Shown here: one piece after another, positions 13,603-27,488 of the stretch
Position numbering within the stretch: position 1 is the stretch's first letter
Layout of the letters: every line of letters begins with the position of its first letter
Assembly (NCBI GenBank): GCA_050084515.1
Contig: CM114271.1
Span: forward strand, 34,224,001-34,288,000
Reading direction: 5' to 3'
Source of the DNA: Blasia pusilla
Lineage: Eukaryota
Length of the DNA stretch: 64,000 bases
Translations under genes and position numbers: made by a program
The notes under the pieces: model-generated
Told to the model about the DNA's origin: nothing
The model's database searches: none
The model's input: the letters and a program-made list of their open reading frames with translations, nothing else

Positions 13603-16600
13603 TGCTCCTCCCCAACGCCCACCCGCGCAGTCAACGGATTCTGCCTCCACCCCAAGAACCACTCACGCAATCAATCGCACCGCCTCGTTCCTAACGCACT
13701 TCGCGAACTCTCCTCCTCTGCTCTCCGAATTTTCCCAGTCGAGCTCCCACGCCCATCCACATCCACTTCCCGATCCCGATCCCCCGAGCCAACTCCGCAA
13801 TGCACAACTTTTCGCCATCGGAAACCAAACCATTTCCGAAATTGCTGAAACCCCTTGAATCAGATGGCACTTCGGAATTGACTACACAGATACGCATGAA
13901 CCAGTTTTGAGTTTATTATGTGAATTTGTTGGGTTAAATCATTTTTTAAATGAAATAAGATATTTTAAAAAAAATTGGACAAGTAATTCATAAGTACAAG
14001 GGGAGACCTAATTTTGGCACTTGGTACCATAAGGGACATTCAGGCTTGACAATTTGTAGCATGGACTTTTAGTTTTAGAGCATGCTTTTGTGTTTGTTTC
14101 ATGCATTAGGTGAGAAGGACCTCTTCGGAGAAGACCCAATTGTTTTCGTAATTCTAGAGAAGGGACTCCATAGGATTCTATAGGTCCATTTGAGATGGGA
14201 TTACTCTATATTCTATCGAGAAGGGAGGAGACTCTATGTTCTCGATAGACCATAGAATCATTCCATTCCGAATGTTCTAATGCCATCCATGTACCAAACT
14301 CATTCTCAATTTGTATCATATTGATTATCTTTTAAGGAATGGGTAGGGTACATCCCTACCTACCCTCTCTCTAATGGTGTATGCCCTCCTTTCAACCCCT
14401 ATTTTCTCCTACAAGAGGGTAGGGACAAAGATGTGAAGACAAATATTTTCCTCTCCTTTTGAATCACTAGAAACTAATGGGCCTCCTACAATCTTTGGGG
14501 GATGCTTGTTTGTCTCTATCCCTCCAAATAGATACAAATAGACCTCCCTAGCTTCGTCTCTCCCTCCCTTAATGGAAGAACACTAAAAAAATCCCTTTAT
14601 TCCCTCTATTACTAAAAATCACACCTTTCTCTCTATCCTTCCAATGTTGAAAATGAATCTATTCCCCTCCCGTATTTAAAATTTTAGTTCTCATTCATTG
14701 TTATGGTAACAATTTTGTACTTCAGCGATGCCCTCAATAAGATAAATGGAGATGAAAATTGATGAAAATCATACTATTATGGGCGTTACTTGCAAAAAAA
14801 ATCAAGCTTCCAAATCATGCCACGTGGCAAGTAATTTATAGGTGTCTATTTATCATTCGTTGCAAATTTACAACCACAAGAGAGTAGCTTTTGTGTTAGC
14901 CACTCTATGTTCGATTTCAAAAGGAGGAATAGGCTTCCCAAATATACAAAATTTTCCTAATTATGGATCCATATTTGGGCTCTTACACCCTCTTGGGTTT
15001 TGAATGTATCAAAGTCAAAATTTTGACAGACCATACTCACAAGAGTGGAATCTATATATCAAAGATCCTTTCAGAGCAATGGAGGTTGTCAGCTCGCACT
15101 CACAAGTATGGATTTTGTATCTCAAAGATCCGTTCAAAGCAATGGAGTCTGTCATACACTCGTTTACAAAATCAATCATATAATCTTTTATGGGAATTTG
15201 GAGGTAAATTAGGGTATACTTTCATTTTTTTTCATTGAACCATTCAATTAACATTGAAAATCAGCGGCGCTTCAGCTTTTTCCAACCACGATATAGTCGA
15301 ACTGAATTTGATCTAAATTATACCAACACTACAACGGAAGCGCATTTACTCTCATGTTGAGGAGTGCAATGGCGCATTTACGCTTGGTTTGAAATGACTG
15401 CTACAAGAATTCAATATAAAATGTGTTTGGTCCATGGACGGCCTCAGTAGTACTTAAAGTTTCCCAAGTCCAGATTTTATTCAGTGTCCCACATTTTGAG
15501 AGTTGGGGGCTCTTCCACAATTCACATAGAGAAGACTCACAATAGAGGCTTCAACAATAAACAAGCAATAGGTGGACCCATCCACAACTATCGCAAAGGT
15601 ATCTCTTTTAGAAAATATCATCTTTATACATTGGACAGTAGTAGCAAGAATGAAGAATCTACAAAAAAAAAAAATTCAATCCATTCCAACCATATGCATT
15701 ATATATGTTATTCATTCAAGATTTTCATGTTTGTACATGAGGTTACAAAAAAATTGTCATTTTTTTTTTCTCGAATGCAAGAGGACACACGAGAATCAAC
15801 TCACGATATGTAAGCGCTTCTTCGATTCCACATCATTACTTCTCGCCAAACCGCTCAAAAGTCTACCATTTCCAAGGGAAAGAACATTTGCAACGTGCAA
15901 GCCTCGCCAATATTCAAATGTAACCAAGAGAAGAATGAGGAAGGACCATCCATCAGGCTTACTCCATGAATGCTTTTCAATCTACTTGCACACACCTCAA
16001 GTGCAAATCACCAATCTCAAACAAGGACAGACAATCCAAATCTAGAGCTGATTCCTATGAACAAGAGACATCATTTCAGTGGCACTTATGGAAATTGTTC
16101 CTACTCGATAGAGTGCGCCTTCAATCTAGCCGACAAGCATCATCATTTGAAGATGACGATGAGTATTACCCTATGTCTATTCTCTTGGATGCAAAAGAAT
16201 GCAAATTATTATGTGCTGGTTCCTTGGATCTTTGAATTATATCAAAGAAATGACATCTAGGATTGACAAGAAAAAGGTCTTTGAAGCAAGCCCTAACACA
16301 GAGTCCACCCATCCATCTCCAGATAGTAGATAGTTTTGGAGCCAACATTTTGGGCCTTATCTCTTCTCCAAAAAATCATATGCAAGTTCAGATGACTCAA
16401 CTTCTCATGACTACTTCATCAACCAAAATGAGATTGACATTGATAAATGCTCATCAGTCTGCACTCTAACATGAAGTTGTCATGTTGGTAGCTTTCTTCC
16501 CAACCTTCATATTGGACATGTAAATCATTTCAAGCATCAAATGGATATATGAGAAATTCAGTCTATTTCACACCTGCAATTCTACTTTGTAGTACTCCTA

Positions 16601-16796
16601 CATTGCAATGTAACCTTTAGTAGCATGCATCAGTTCATCTTGGAGAATCGCACTTTCATGTGTACACTATTTTTGGGGTACACACAGAAGTGTGTTGTAT
16701 GCACACACTCATAATAATCACTGGATGCATAAATCCACTCCCCATGAGGTGGTCTACTTGGATTTTCTCTCTCACATGTAGGTTCTATAAGAAGTT

Positions 16797-16800
<4 letters not shown>

Positions 16801-16852
<52 letters not shown>
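16801..16852. repeat. (TC)26 microsatellite
   Basis: Read directly from the sequence. Confidence 0.97.
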
Positions 16853-16858
<6 letters not shown>

Positions 16859-17031
16859 CTTGCAGCCTTTGTACGAAATTAGATTGGTGAGGGTTGTGGC
16901 TGCATGCAGATCTACTAAAAATGATTTGGCTCTATTCCCATAGAAACTAAATTCAAGCTAAGAGTTACTACAAGGATACGAATTAAAAAACCAGAAATAC
17001 CTATACCTACCTACCCATACCCTCTCAAGTG

Positions 17032-17083
17032 CTCTCTCTCTCTCTCTCTCTCTCTCTCGAGAGAGAGAGAGAGAGAGAGAGAG
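17032..17083. repeat. (CT)n directly abutting (GA)n, forming a perfect ~50-bp palindrome
   Basis: CT tract 17032-17058 is joined with no spacer to GA tract 17059-17083; the centre is TC|GA. Confidence 0.95.
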
Positions 17084-18273
17084 TTGACAAGACAAGTGAG
17101 GCTATCTTCCCACCTCCACGCATGCTTTAGTGATTTCTCGCCAATAAGACCTCCCTTTACCGGCCCTAATAGCAACGAGCATTCCCAATTGACAATGATG
17201 TGCCATAAAGTGCACCGCAGCTCGCACAACCTTCGTAGGAGGCCGCATGCCAACAACGTGGTTACCCATAAGTACGTGGCTCATGTGTCGTCGAACTTAG
17301 GTCACTTATTTATGAAAATATCCATAAATCTAAATTTCCAATAACTACTTCAAAAAAATTGAGAATATCTAGTTGGGAATTTTCTAACTAGATAATAATA
17401 CTTGAGAAATTTTATGCTTGGTTACTTTCGACAAGGAGTTTCCAAAGATTCAACTATAATTAAGAAAAAATATCTAATGGTAGGAATCTATCATGATTTT
17501 TTTCCTATTGCATTGGAATTTTTTTCATAGCACTTTTAACAACGATGATCTAACTTCAAACATCCCCAATTAGATGTTTTCAGTTGAATCTTTCCTACAA
17601 AAAAAATTTGACCTAAGAAACTTATGGTTGGATATTTGAGATGAGTTGAACAAACAAAACCTTACTCTACATGTTAAAATTCCAAAAATAAAATGTGAGG
17701 TATTGATGCAAATAATATTATGATATAATAATTGAAAATCTATCACTTTGAAACAAAAAAGCAGTACAAAACTTGTTCCTGTTGAGAAATCATCCTTTTC
17801 TTTCTTTCCCTCTCTTAATAAAAATCTCACCTTTTCTCTCCTCCAATTTTTTTATAACATCTAGTATGTATAAGTGATAACCTATATGAAAATAAAATTT
17901 TTAATGATAATGTATGGAATGATTTTTAAAATTTTAAATTATAAAAATTTTACTTATCCTTTTTAAAAGTTAAGGAAAAGATAAATTGTGCTAATACATA
18001 ACTTTACATCCCTTAATATCTCAAATTTATAATAATTAAGGTAGTGGTTCAATATCTCAAAAAATCCCTTAAAACATATTTTTGTTATAAGTAATAGGAA
18101 GAAAACATACATAGACACATTATGCTATAAATATTAAAAATCGACCATATGGAAAGTCCTAGTAGCATATGGTAAAATCCATGTTGAGTTAATTTAGCAT
18201 CAAATCCTAAACCTATGGCAACTAACTTAGTGAAAAAAATACACCTTATAATCCAAAAGTGCTTCACTAGCTA

Positions 18274-18889
18274 TGTCACATCTGAGTAACCGATAGGCTG
18301 AGATCTATCGTAGATAGGGCGTAGGAGCCAGCGGACTATCTTGAGTGTAACTTTGTCCCACAGTGTCGGATGAGGTTGAGGATAGGTCCATTGTGTCAGG
18401 AACATCGTTTCTGACGACTTTCATGTTGAGGTCTTTTACATCCGGGTGACTTGTTGACCAGGTCACCTGCCCCTGGTAACCTGTGCGCGCAGGTTACCAA
18501 GGGAAGGGCTATTTCTAGGGTTTGAGCCTTTTGGCTCTTCCCAACCTATATAAGAGAGGAAGATGGCTTAGGAAAGCCATCTTTCTCATGTTGGGCCGTT
18601 GGAGCACCTCCTTATATGTGTGTGAGCTAGGACTAGGGTGCTAGCGTCCGGATTCCTTGATAGCACAAGGTGGACGAGGCTCGATATGCCGATGTAGATT
18701 GAGGAGTGGAGTTTTAGGCCGGGTGTGCCGTTTTTACTACTCTTTATTTTTGTTGAGTGATCTCCATGTATATGTATGAGTTGATTTTTGTACATGTGTG
18801 GATCGACCCGTGTGTGGGGAAGATCGGTGTTGTGTGGTGTAGATGTGACCAACGATGTATGTTGTGTAGCGATATGTATGCGCACGACA
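18274..18889 (+). mobile_element. Probable solo LTR
   Basis: GC-richer block in AT-rich DNA. It starts TGTC, ends GACA and has an internal CCTATATAA (~18545). Flanks GCTA/ACTA are an imperfect target-site duplication. Confidence 0.5.
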
Positions 18890-18919
18890 ACTAATTTACA
18901 TGTATTTTTATATAAGATA

Positions 18920-19001
18920 GAAGAATCCATCAATTGACAAAACTAATGAAACAAAGTGGGATGGAAGAATCCATCAATTGACAAAACTAATGAAACTAAA
19001 G
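18920..19001. repeat. Short tandem duplication (period 44 bp)
   Basis: GAAGAATCCATCAATTGACAAAACTAATGAAAC occurs at 18920 and 18964. Confidence 0.85.
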
Positions 19002-19276
19002 TAGCAAAGTAGTTCAAAACTACAAATGCTTGCAATAAAAGAAAAAATTGAATATTAAACACAAAATTTGCACATTGCTATACTATAATTGGAGAGCTAG
19101 TTGGAGAATGATCCTTTGATTTTTGAGCATTTCTTGTATTGAAATTTGGCCCTCTTAGCCAATTGGATCTCTCAATCTTTTCGCCAATCAGTTCATTTAG
19201 AGTTGATTTAAGAATCAGCTCAATTTAGAATTTTGGGCGTTAGTTAATCATCAGTCACAAGGTAATTCAATTTACT

Positions 19277-19306
19277 CCGTGCATTGCACAAGTGTGCAAT
19301 ACTAGT
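19277..19306 (+). mobile_element. Helitron-like 3' terminus (non-autonomous element)
   Basis: CCGTGCATTGCACAAGTGTGCAATACTAG|T: a subterminal hairpin followed by CTAG and T. Confidence 0.45.
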
Positions 19307-21911
19307 TTCTTTTACAATGGAATGGTAAGTATCTACACAACACATCTACGGAGACCAAACATAGAACCCAATGTATCAAGGATAACCTACCAGGCATGAG
19401 GATAACCTTTGAGTCCACATTCCCCTTTTGTTTGAGTTCATTTAGAGCTTGCTTGAATAACTTTCTATTTCAAGAGACTTGCCTTCCTATTTGTAGAAAG
19501 TTCCCCTTGATCCATGCATTATTGCAAGTTATGAGTTAAGGAGATGATTTATGCGCACAAATCATCCAAAAGATTGAGAGAGGGTATTCCTCGAGGGAAG
19601 ATAAATTTTGGGATTTATTCTATATTTGTCGAACCTTCTTATTTCATACAACATATCTATGGTTCTCCTTGCTTTGTAAATAACCAAAATCTATTATCAT
19701 AAGAGTATGTTTGGTTTGAAGAGAGAGAGAGGGAGATGAGTTTCTATTTCATTGGAGATAATTTGGTTGCTACTCGCATCCATACATGTTTGGACTATAT
19801 GCTTGAGCATGTGAGTCTAGTGTTTTGTGTGTTTGAATGATGACAATTATGTGTATGTGCACGCCAACTAACATGTCTACACAAATATTCTATTGTGGTG
19901 CCTATCCAACATTCTACCTCTTTCTATCATTAGAATTGTTTATGCCTTGATTAAAAAAATGCAAGTATGTGATCAATGTATGTCTATCTTTTCCCATCTT
20001 AAATTTTGTCTCTCCATAGTACATATTAATTTCTTGATTACAACATATCTTATGGATATATTTAATTATATTTCATCATAGATTACAGATAGTATATCAA
20101 CTCAGATCATCGAAATTTTGAGGTCAATCCCATGTCATTTTGAGAGTAGAACACCTAGCTTTAACCCTCATGGATGGATTGTGGGATATCAATCTACTTT
20201 ACAATCAACGCATAACATGAATTCTCACTAAAAATATATTATTAATATTCTAAGTTTTGCTATGATTTTCCTCAATGGCTTGTAAACTTGTTTCTCTTCT
20301 CGATTAAATATATATTGATAACTTTTCAATTTTTTTGGAAAAATTTGACATGGTTTTTAATTTTTTTTAATTAATTTTTTTATATTTACACTTAAAAATG
20401 AAGAAATTATGTGCATATTTTTATTTGGGAATAGAAAAGTAAAATTAATTTTTGAAATTTTCTCCTTATAAAATTTCTTATTATATTATACTTGAAAACA
20501 AGAAATAGCCTTCAATTCGATAGTGGAAACTATGGATAAAAAAATGAGAATGCAGTGTAATCTTTTAAAAAAGTTAAAAAATTAATGTATGGAGAAAAAT
20601 ATGAAGTGTGACTCTTATATTAATTGGGCTTTGACTTAGTACAAAACATAGATTCTACTTATCATGATAATAATTGTTAAATTCATTTGCAAAATGTATA
20701 TTTTTAGCAATAATTCTTGAAAGTAAGAGAAATTCATCTCTCTTGAATATTAAATCTCCTTCCTTCCTCCTATGCTTCTAATGAAGAATGCTTTCTATTC
20801 AAATGATTCCTTCCTCCATTCCATGGCTTGAGAGAGTTTATCATCATGAAAGCTCAAAAACTCAACAAAATTAATTTATTCTTTTAAAAGAGGATAATTC
20901 ATTGATTTGTAAGCCACTTTTTGTCCCACATGAAAGGGAGAAATTTTGGAAAATTTTTTTGGTTCAAGGGCATCAAGATGATTGGTAACGAGTATGATAT
21001 ATAAAATTAGTTTTTCTTATAATACCTACTAGTAATATCCCCATTCAATGTATGCAAGAAAATTTAATGATTGAGATGCTTTCTTCCAATCATATTTCAT
21101 GGAAACCAAACCACCATTCAGTATACTAATATATATCCCCTGCTATGCACAAGACCAATAATAATATTTTCCAAAAATAAAAATCTTATATCTCATGTTA
21201 CTAAAATATTTCCTTGTAATATATGGCATAATAATAACAAGATTTGGATAAAATTACAGATAATATGCATATGGCTACTCATTTATGCCGCCGTTGTGAG
21301 GAGAATGAGTTTGAGGTTGGGGACGGGAACATGGACGGAAGAAGGAATTTCAACAAGAACTCTAGAACAAAGATGGACATGAATGATGCGTGCACACCTC
21401 ATCGGTGCACTCCAAACTGCAAAGAATCGTAAATCAAAACTAATATGATGCCCCTGCTATGCATGGATGAGATGTTTTTTTCGTCATTCCTTAAATTTTT
21501 GTCCGCTTAATTTTATTATTATTACCTATTAAATCTGAAAACAACAAGTTTCTGACCCCATCCCTGAAAATAATCTAGGATGGGTTTAAAGAATCCCTCG
21601 TCCTCACTAATGTCTTATGGGGTTTTAGTGGTGTTAACACTAGAAAATTAAATGCAATAAAAAAAAGGAAGAAAATGATAAAGATTTTAGTTCATCCGTG
21701 AATAACACGGGCAACGCTATGGTATATGTGGACAGAGACATTTACGTCCGAGACTACGGGGTAGAGTTGAGACGCCCTAGTACGATCAGCTCTCTGGAGT
21801 CCGTCGAAGAGGAAAGGAGAGGCTATTCCTCGTAACGGAAGGGGGAATGAGAGGAATTGGGAGGTAGGGATTGTATTTGTACTGAGGAAGACGGAGAGGA
21901 GGAAGTTTGAT

Positions 21912-23190
21912 ATGGTGTTGTGCGAGTCTATGCTGCTGTCTTGTGGTAACGGAGTGGTGCAATTCTCGAGGGCAGGGAGTTCGAGGGGTAGAGCGGCGGC
22001 GAGCTTGCGGACGAGCGGGGCTGGTAGGGTTCACTGGAACGGTTGCGGGGGTCCTCGTGGTGGTGTGATCGTGAAGATGAGTGCAGCGGCGTCGGATGGA
22101 GAAGGTCCCACCGCTGCTGTCACCAAGGGCGCTGCTGATGATATCAAAACGGTCTCTCTCTCTCTCTCTCACACCAAGTTCAGATTGCTAAATTCGTGTA
22201 CAGGTGTGGGGAAGCTTGGAAGCTAGAGACGATCACCAGCATTAGAGGAGGTTGTCAGACCTCTTTGATAATGTCTCTTGTTTGAACCGTCGCACACTTT
22301 GCAAATCAGACTCCCATGTCCCAATTGGGTCTCCGCTGATAAGTTCTGGCGTCTCTTTGTGTTTGTCGGTTTGGAACCAGTGTCGTATCCACCTGCTCAA
22401 TTTGGTCTCACCCTGTTTGCACATCAACAATTTGCAGAATCGATAACTCTATCGACTGTATTGAAGGTCTGCATAGACGGATCGGGGTGTTTAGACTTCG
22501 ACATGGGAAACTTTCCATCCGTGACCCTCTTGTGGCCGGTGTTTACGTTCGCCGGTCAGAAACTTTTGAGCTAGAGGACCATCACAATCCTACTTTTCAC
22601 CTGTAGGGGTTCGCAGCCAAACTAAGGTAGCAGGTCTCGTTCAAGGGTAGAAACCTCTGAGTTATTGACATTTGATGGGGTCTCCTGTTATAGCAGGATG
22701 ATCTCAGTTCCATCAAATTGTTTTGTTTGATTCTTCTCCCTTGCATAGTCAATAGACTTCATGGATTTCATGTGTGTGTGGACTGCGTCAGCTGAAATCC
22801 TTCTGGTGAGAAGATCAGACTATCAAAGGTTTGTGATGGTGATGATAAGGAATTATCAATCTAGGAGTGTGGGACTGCAAGAGTGATGGTGTCACTGAGA
22901 CAATTTGCCAATCCCACCAGGTGAGCGTGCGCATTAAGGGGAAAGTTCAAGGGGTTTTCTACCGAAACTGGACTGTGGAATCAGCAAAGCAGCTGGGTGT
23001 GAATGGATGGGTGCGAAACTGTAAGGATGGCTCAGTGGAAGCTGTGTTTTCTGGGAAACCCACTTCTGTGGATACACTGATTGACAAGTGTCATGGTGGA
23101 CCCTCCGCAGCCAGAGTCAGCAGGGTGGAAGTTTCTGCCTGCAATGATGCCATTCCCCAAGGATTCGAGCGCAAGCCTACCATATGGTGA
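21912..23190 (+). CDS. Acylphosphatase with probable organellar transit peptide, 2 exons
   Basis: Exons 21912-22151 and 22921-23190 with a phase-0 GT-AG intron. Signature GKVQGVFYR...GWVRN.KDGSVEAV. Ser/Arg/Ala-rich N-terminus. Confidence 0.92.
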
Positions 23191-24491
23191 CCAACCAGCT
23201 GCACCCAGCTCCCTATTCTGAGCCTCTCTGTCCAACCAAAAAAACTCTACTGGCTGCCACTCCTTTCATTCTCATTGTTTATAAAATGATTGCATGATCT
23301 CCCACCATACTTACATTTTGTATGGCTCTGGAGTTCTCATGTGGTAAAATTTCCTCAAACCTTTTCCAAATTAAAGCATCCCTAACCACAAGGAACCATA
23401 TTTTTTTTCTGAGACAACTTTTACTTTGTGTTGGTAGATGCCTCCAAAATATGTTTCCCTCTTGACAAAGTGGTGGACATCATCAGTGTCAGATGCATTA
23501 CCCCTGCTGCCACCAGGAGAGGCTGTGATGCTCACATGTTACTCCCAGCACACATGGCTTCCTGCCTGGTGCAGGAGGTCCAGATTCTCCAGAAAATTTC
23601 AACTGTTCTTGTCAAAGTAACACCCATTGTAACATGATAAATATTTGCTTATCAGATTACTTTGTGATATTTGATTATCTGGTGAGCTAAAGTAGCCATT
23701 GGCATGACTGTAACTGCAATAAAGCTTCTCAGTTTCTCTCTGACATTCTTGCCCATAATGTCATGGGGTGTATCCAAGAGTTTTCCAATAACGTTGGGGA
23801 AAGATAGCCTAAGGAGTTGGTTGTGGGTCAAGATCTCTCTCTGCAATTTTGAATGCTTTACTGCAAGATAGAATTTCGCTTTTCATGACCAATGAATGTG
23901 ACGTTGCTTTGAAAGAGTGAAGTGGAGAACTACATGAATAAGTTGTGGTCTGATTTTGTAGAAGAGTGTACCCAACAGCGGTCATCAGACTCGTTAACTA
24001 CTTGTATATGCTGCACTTCTCATGACGCACATTATCACCCTTGCTGTCTGGACCTGGTGATGGGAAGTGGCCCCATTATTGTGGGGTAACAATTGACTTT
24101 TTGTATGTTCTTGAGGAGACACTGCAGCAAGGTGGACACAAGTTGTTAGGGTAGGAGCAAATGTGTAGTTGATGTGGGCCTTCTCATCTGGGCATGCAAT
24201 TTTGTGTTGGGATGATAGAGGGTACTTTTGGTTTAGTGCGCTTATCTTTGCTTCGGGTGAAAACCCTAAACCAAAGAAAAAAGTGTTGTAACAAAGGGAA
24301 AAAGTTTCCCTCATGGGCAATGACAGCTTCCGGAATTGTGTATTCAAGATTCATCTCTACAAGGAATGCGTGACTTAGTGCGGAGGATATTTGGAAACTG
24401 GATGAGATGGGGAGAAATTTTTGTAGTGTACTGAGATGGACAATTTCAGGTGTGAGGCGCATGTGAGTTGTGGAAAGCAGTGCCCGTGGTG

Positions 24492-27488
24492 ATGGATGCC
24501 CTCCTTGCTGCGTATGTTTCTGGCTCTGAGGACGAGGATGATGGCCTCCATGAAAACTGTGGTGGGAATTCCACTGAAGCTACCAAAATTTCTCTCGGGG
24601 ATGAGAAACGAAGGAAGATGATGGGAGCGGAGACAGAGGTGAACTGCATTCCTTCGGTGTCTTTCTGTCCAAAGGATCCATCTGCAGGAGATACGGTGGA
24701 GGAATCTTTTGCTCCCGGAAAAATTATGTCTGTGGAGCAGCATAGGCAACATGCCAACAGTGGCCTTTCCTGCTCAACCGGGCGTTATGTGTCCAAGAGA
24801 GAGAGGGCTGCTGCTGCTTTAGCTGAAGCTATGTCCTCGCCATCTTCTTCGGTCTCTCCATCACCTGGTTCTTTATCTCCCAATTGCTCTTTTCTGTTCC
24901 AGTTGAGATAATTGATGTTGAAATTATTATATTCATACAGACTCACTCACTATGAAGTCGCATCTATATAGATCTTCTCTTCATCATTTTTGTGAAGAAT
25001 CCTGTCAGCCGAACTGGGCGGCTCAGGAGAAGATGTGAATTTTGAATTGGTTTCAAGAATTCAGTCATATGATGGTGTGTGTGTTTGTAGATTGGAATCC
25101 TATTTGAATCCCAAGTAGAATTTGTAGTTCTGGAAGAGATTTAACTAATCATGGCCGAGTTCCTCTTGCATCTGAATCAGATTGTGGGAATTGAAAGCAT
25201 AAGGACAGGGGGCTTTCCTCATTTTAAAGAAATAAAGTGTCACCCACAAATAATGTAGATTGAAGCAAATTGTCATGACCATGACCATCAGAGGTTTAGG
25301 ACATGGTTGATCAGAGTTCAAGTCAAGACCTTTGCAAAAGCTTGGGGAGGTGGCTCCTCTCCTGCCTCAAATTTCTCAGCCAGTTGAGCTTTGCATGCTG
25401 TTGGCCTTTGTAGTCCCAAGAGTTTGTTTAAGAGAGCTGGTGCTCATGATCCTTATGTGGTAACGAATGCAGTGGGGAAGAACGTTTTGAGTGCACAACT
25501 GCCATATTACATCCAAAAGAAGCTAGAAAATATTGATCCACATGCTGTAAATTTCAACCGGCTTCCTAAATGTCTTGTGTTCAAGCTAGAAGGCCACACT
25601 AAGGGTGTCAATGCTGTGCGCTGGTCTCCAACTCACGGTAAGTGCATTTCCTTGGAGCTGTAAGAAAAGAATTGAGAATGCTGAAGATTTGGGAAATTTT
25701 TACACTTTTCATGAGAAATGGGAATTTTGGTAGCTTTTGCTTCCTGAGACTGTAGAACACCAGTTAAGTCGTGGCAAGTGACAGTAGCAGTTCTACCACC
25801 AGGTGTTACTCACAGCCTATTGGGTTTAGTGGTCAATGTGTTGAACCAGTTTGGGAAGTATTTATTAAAGACTCGTAAGTGCAGATCAAACATTGGTTGT
25901 TATTATTTCATGCCTTCTACTATTGCAAAATCATTGGAACATAAACCAGCACATGATTGTCCACCACTTCGTTATAATGGGATAAATAAGTTGACTAGAA
26001 CAATAGTAGTGGGTCAATCCGGTTGTATGATCTTGAGGAGCTTGACGGCCCCTTGTGGATGTTTTGGTTCATACTTCCCAGACCTCGGCAGGTTCTCCGT
26101 ATTGCCTCAATAGTACATCAGTCATGTGGGATTTGATTTGATTGAAATCTGAAGTTGGCTGATAAAAATGTTTCCTTCATTCCAGCCTCTTTGCTTGCAT
26201 CAGCTGGAATGGATCACCTGGCCTGTATCTGGAATGTCTGGAATGCACCAGGCCAGCAAATGGTGCAAAAGATTAGTTCTCACACTGCAGCTGTGAAAGA
26301 CATACAATGGTCCATCCATGGCACATCTGTGATTAGCTGTGGATTTGATAAGACAGCCAGGCTGATAGATGTTGAGTATGGAACAGAAATTAAGGTCTTT
26401 CCAGATGAGCAATACATGAATGTTGTCAGGTTTCACCCCCTGGAAGATGGAATTTTTCTGTCCGGAGGATCTAGGGGTGCTCTCAAATCATGGGATATTC
26501 GAGTTGGAAAGCCTGTGAAAGAGTTCTCTAAAAGCCTTGGACAGATCATGGATTTGGATTTTAGTATGGATGGGAAGCGGTTTGTTTCTACTTCAGACAT
26601 TGCAAAGCGGAATGCAAGTGACAAAGCAATTGTTGTGTGGGATTATAGTACACAAATTGCCCTCTCGAATCAGGTATTTCTGAAAGTGCTATGACCCATG
26701 CATGTGCTCTGAGTCAATTTCTGAACTTGTTCAAGAATGCCTTGCTGTATTGTTTGGTGACATGCAGTGCAAATAATTCACTATTTACCTAGAGTGGGCA
26801 GTCTCGCTGCTGTAGAGCTGGTTACATTTGATGTCCCTTAAGTGAATGTATTGTAAGCAGCTTGTGTAGGTTAAGTTTCAATTAAGGGCAGTCTAGAAAT
26901 GGGTTTCCTAGGATTACAGGAGCCAGACAATTCAATTTGTTACTCCTCACCTCTGGCAATATATTAGCCAGGTAGTAGGACTTGCTATGGCTTATGTGCA
27001 GAGTACTCTACCCAACCTCACTAAACCATACTCCAGGCATGATATGATCTAACATTAAAAAAGGTGTGCAGAAATGAGACAGGTGCTGAGAGTAACTAAT
27101 ATCTTGGATTGCTCAGGTTTATCTGGAAGCGTACACATGTCCTTGTGTACGATATCACCCCTTCGAAGATAGCTTCATTGCACAGTCAAATGCCAACTAT
27201 ATTGCAATATTTTCTGGTCAATCGCCTTTCAAGATGAATAAATATAAGCGCTTCGAGGGTCATCAAGTTTCAGCATATCGCATTCAATGTAATTTCAGCC
27301 CTGATGGAGCATTTGTTGTGACAGGATCTGCAGATGGATCTGTTTACTTTTACAGCTATGGATCTTCCAAACTCCTGAAAAAACTTGAAGCTCACCACCA
27401 AGTCTGTACAGATGTGTCCTTCCATCCTGTTTTGCCCTCTGTGATGGCTTCTTGTAGCTGGGATGGACTCATTAGCATATTTGAATAA
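24492..27488 (+). CDS. WD40-repeat protein, WDR25-like, 4 coding exons
   Basis: Exons 24492-24867, 25473-25637, 26186-26673, 27117-27488. Begins MDALLAAY and contains GRYVSKRER. WD repeats include GHTKGVNAVRWS, LLASAGMD, HTAAVKDIQWS, YLEAYTCPC and ASCSWDG. Confidence 0.88.

Noticed and set aside
14818-14829. Perfect palindromic G-box TGCCACGTGGCA 1.2 kb upstream of the SART3-like gene
   Set aside because: A single motif within repeat-like DNA; function cannot be supported.
15484-16720. Cluster of plus-strand ORFs (up to 157 aa)
   Set aside because: No motif I can assign; probably a decayed transposon, but the family is not supportable.
21696-21722. CCGTG-AATAA-CACGG hairpin resembling a Helitron end near the acylphosphatase promoter
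   Set aside because: Not followed by the required CTRR terminus at the expected distance.
23190-24491. Idea that acylphosphatase and the WD40 gene form a bicistronic transcript (1.3 kb apart, acceptor-like TTTCAG at ~24449)
   Set aside because: A telo-box-like AAACCCTAA (~24260) and moderate CpG content suggest the WD40 gene has its own promoter; no sequence evidence for read-through.
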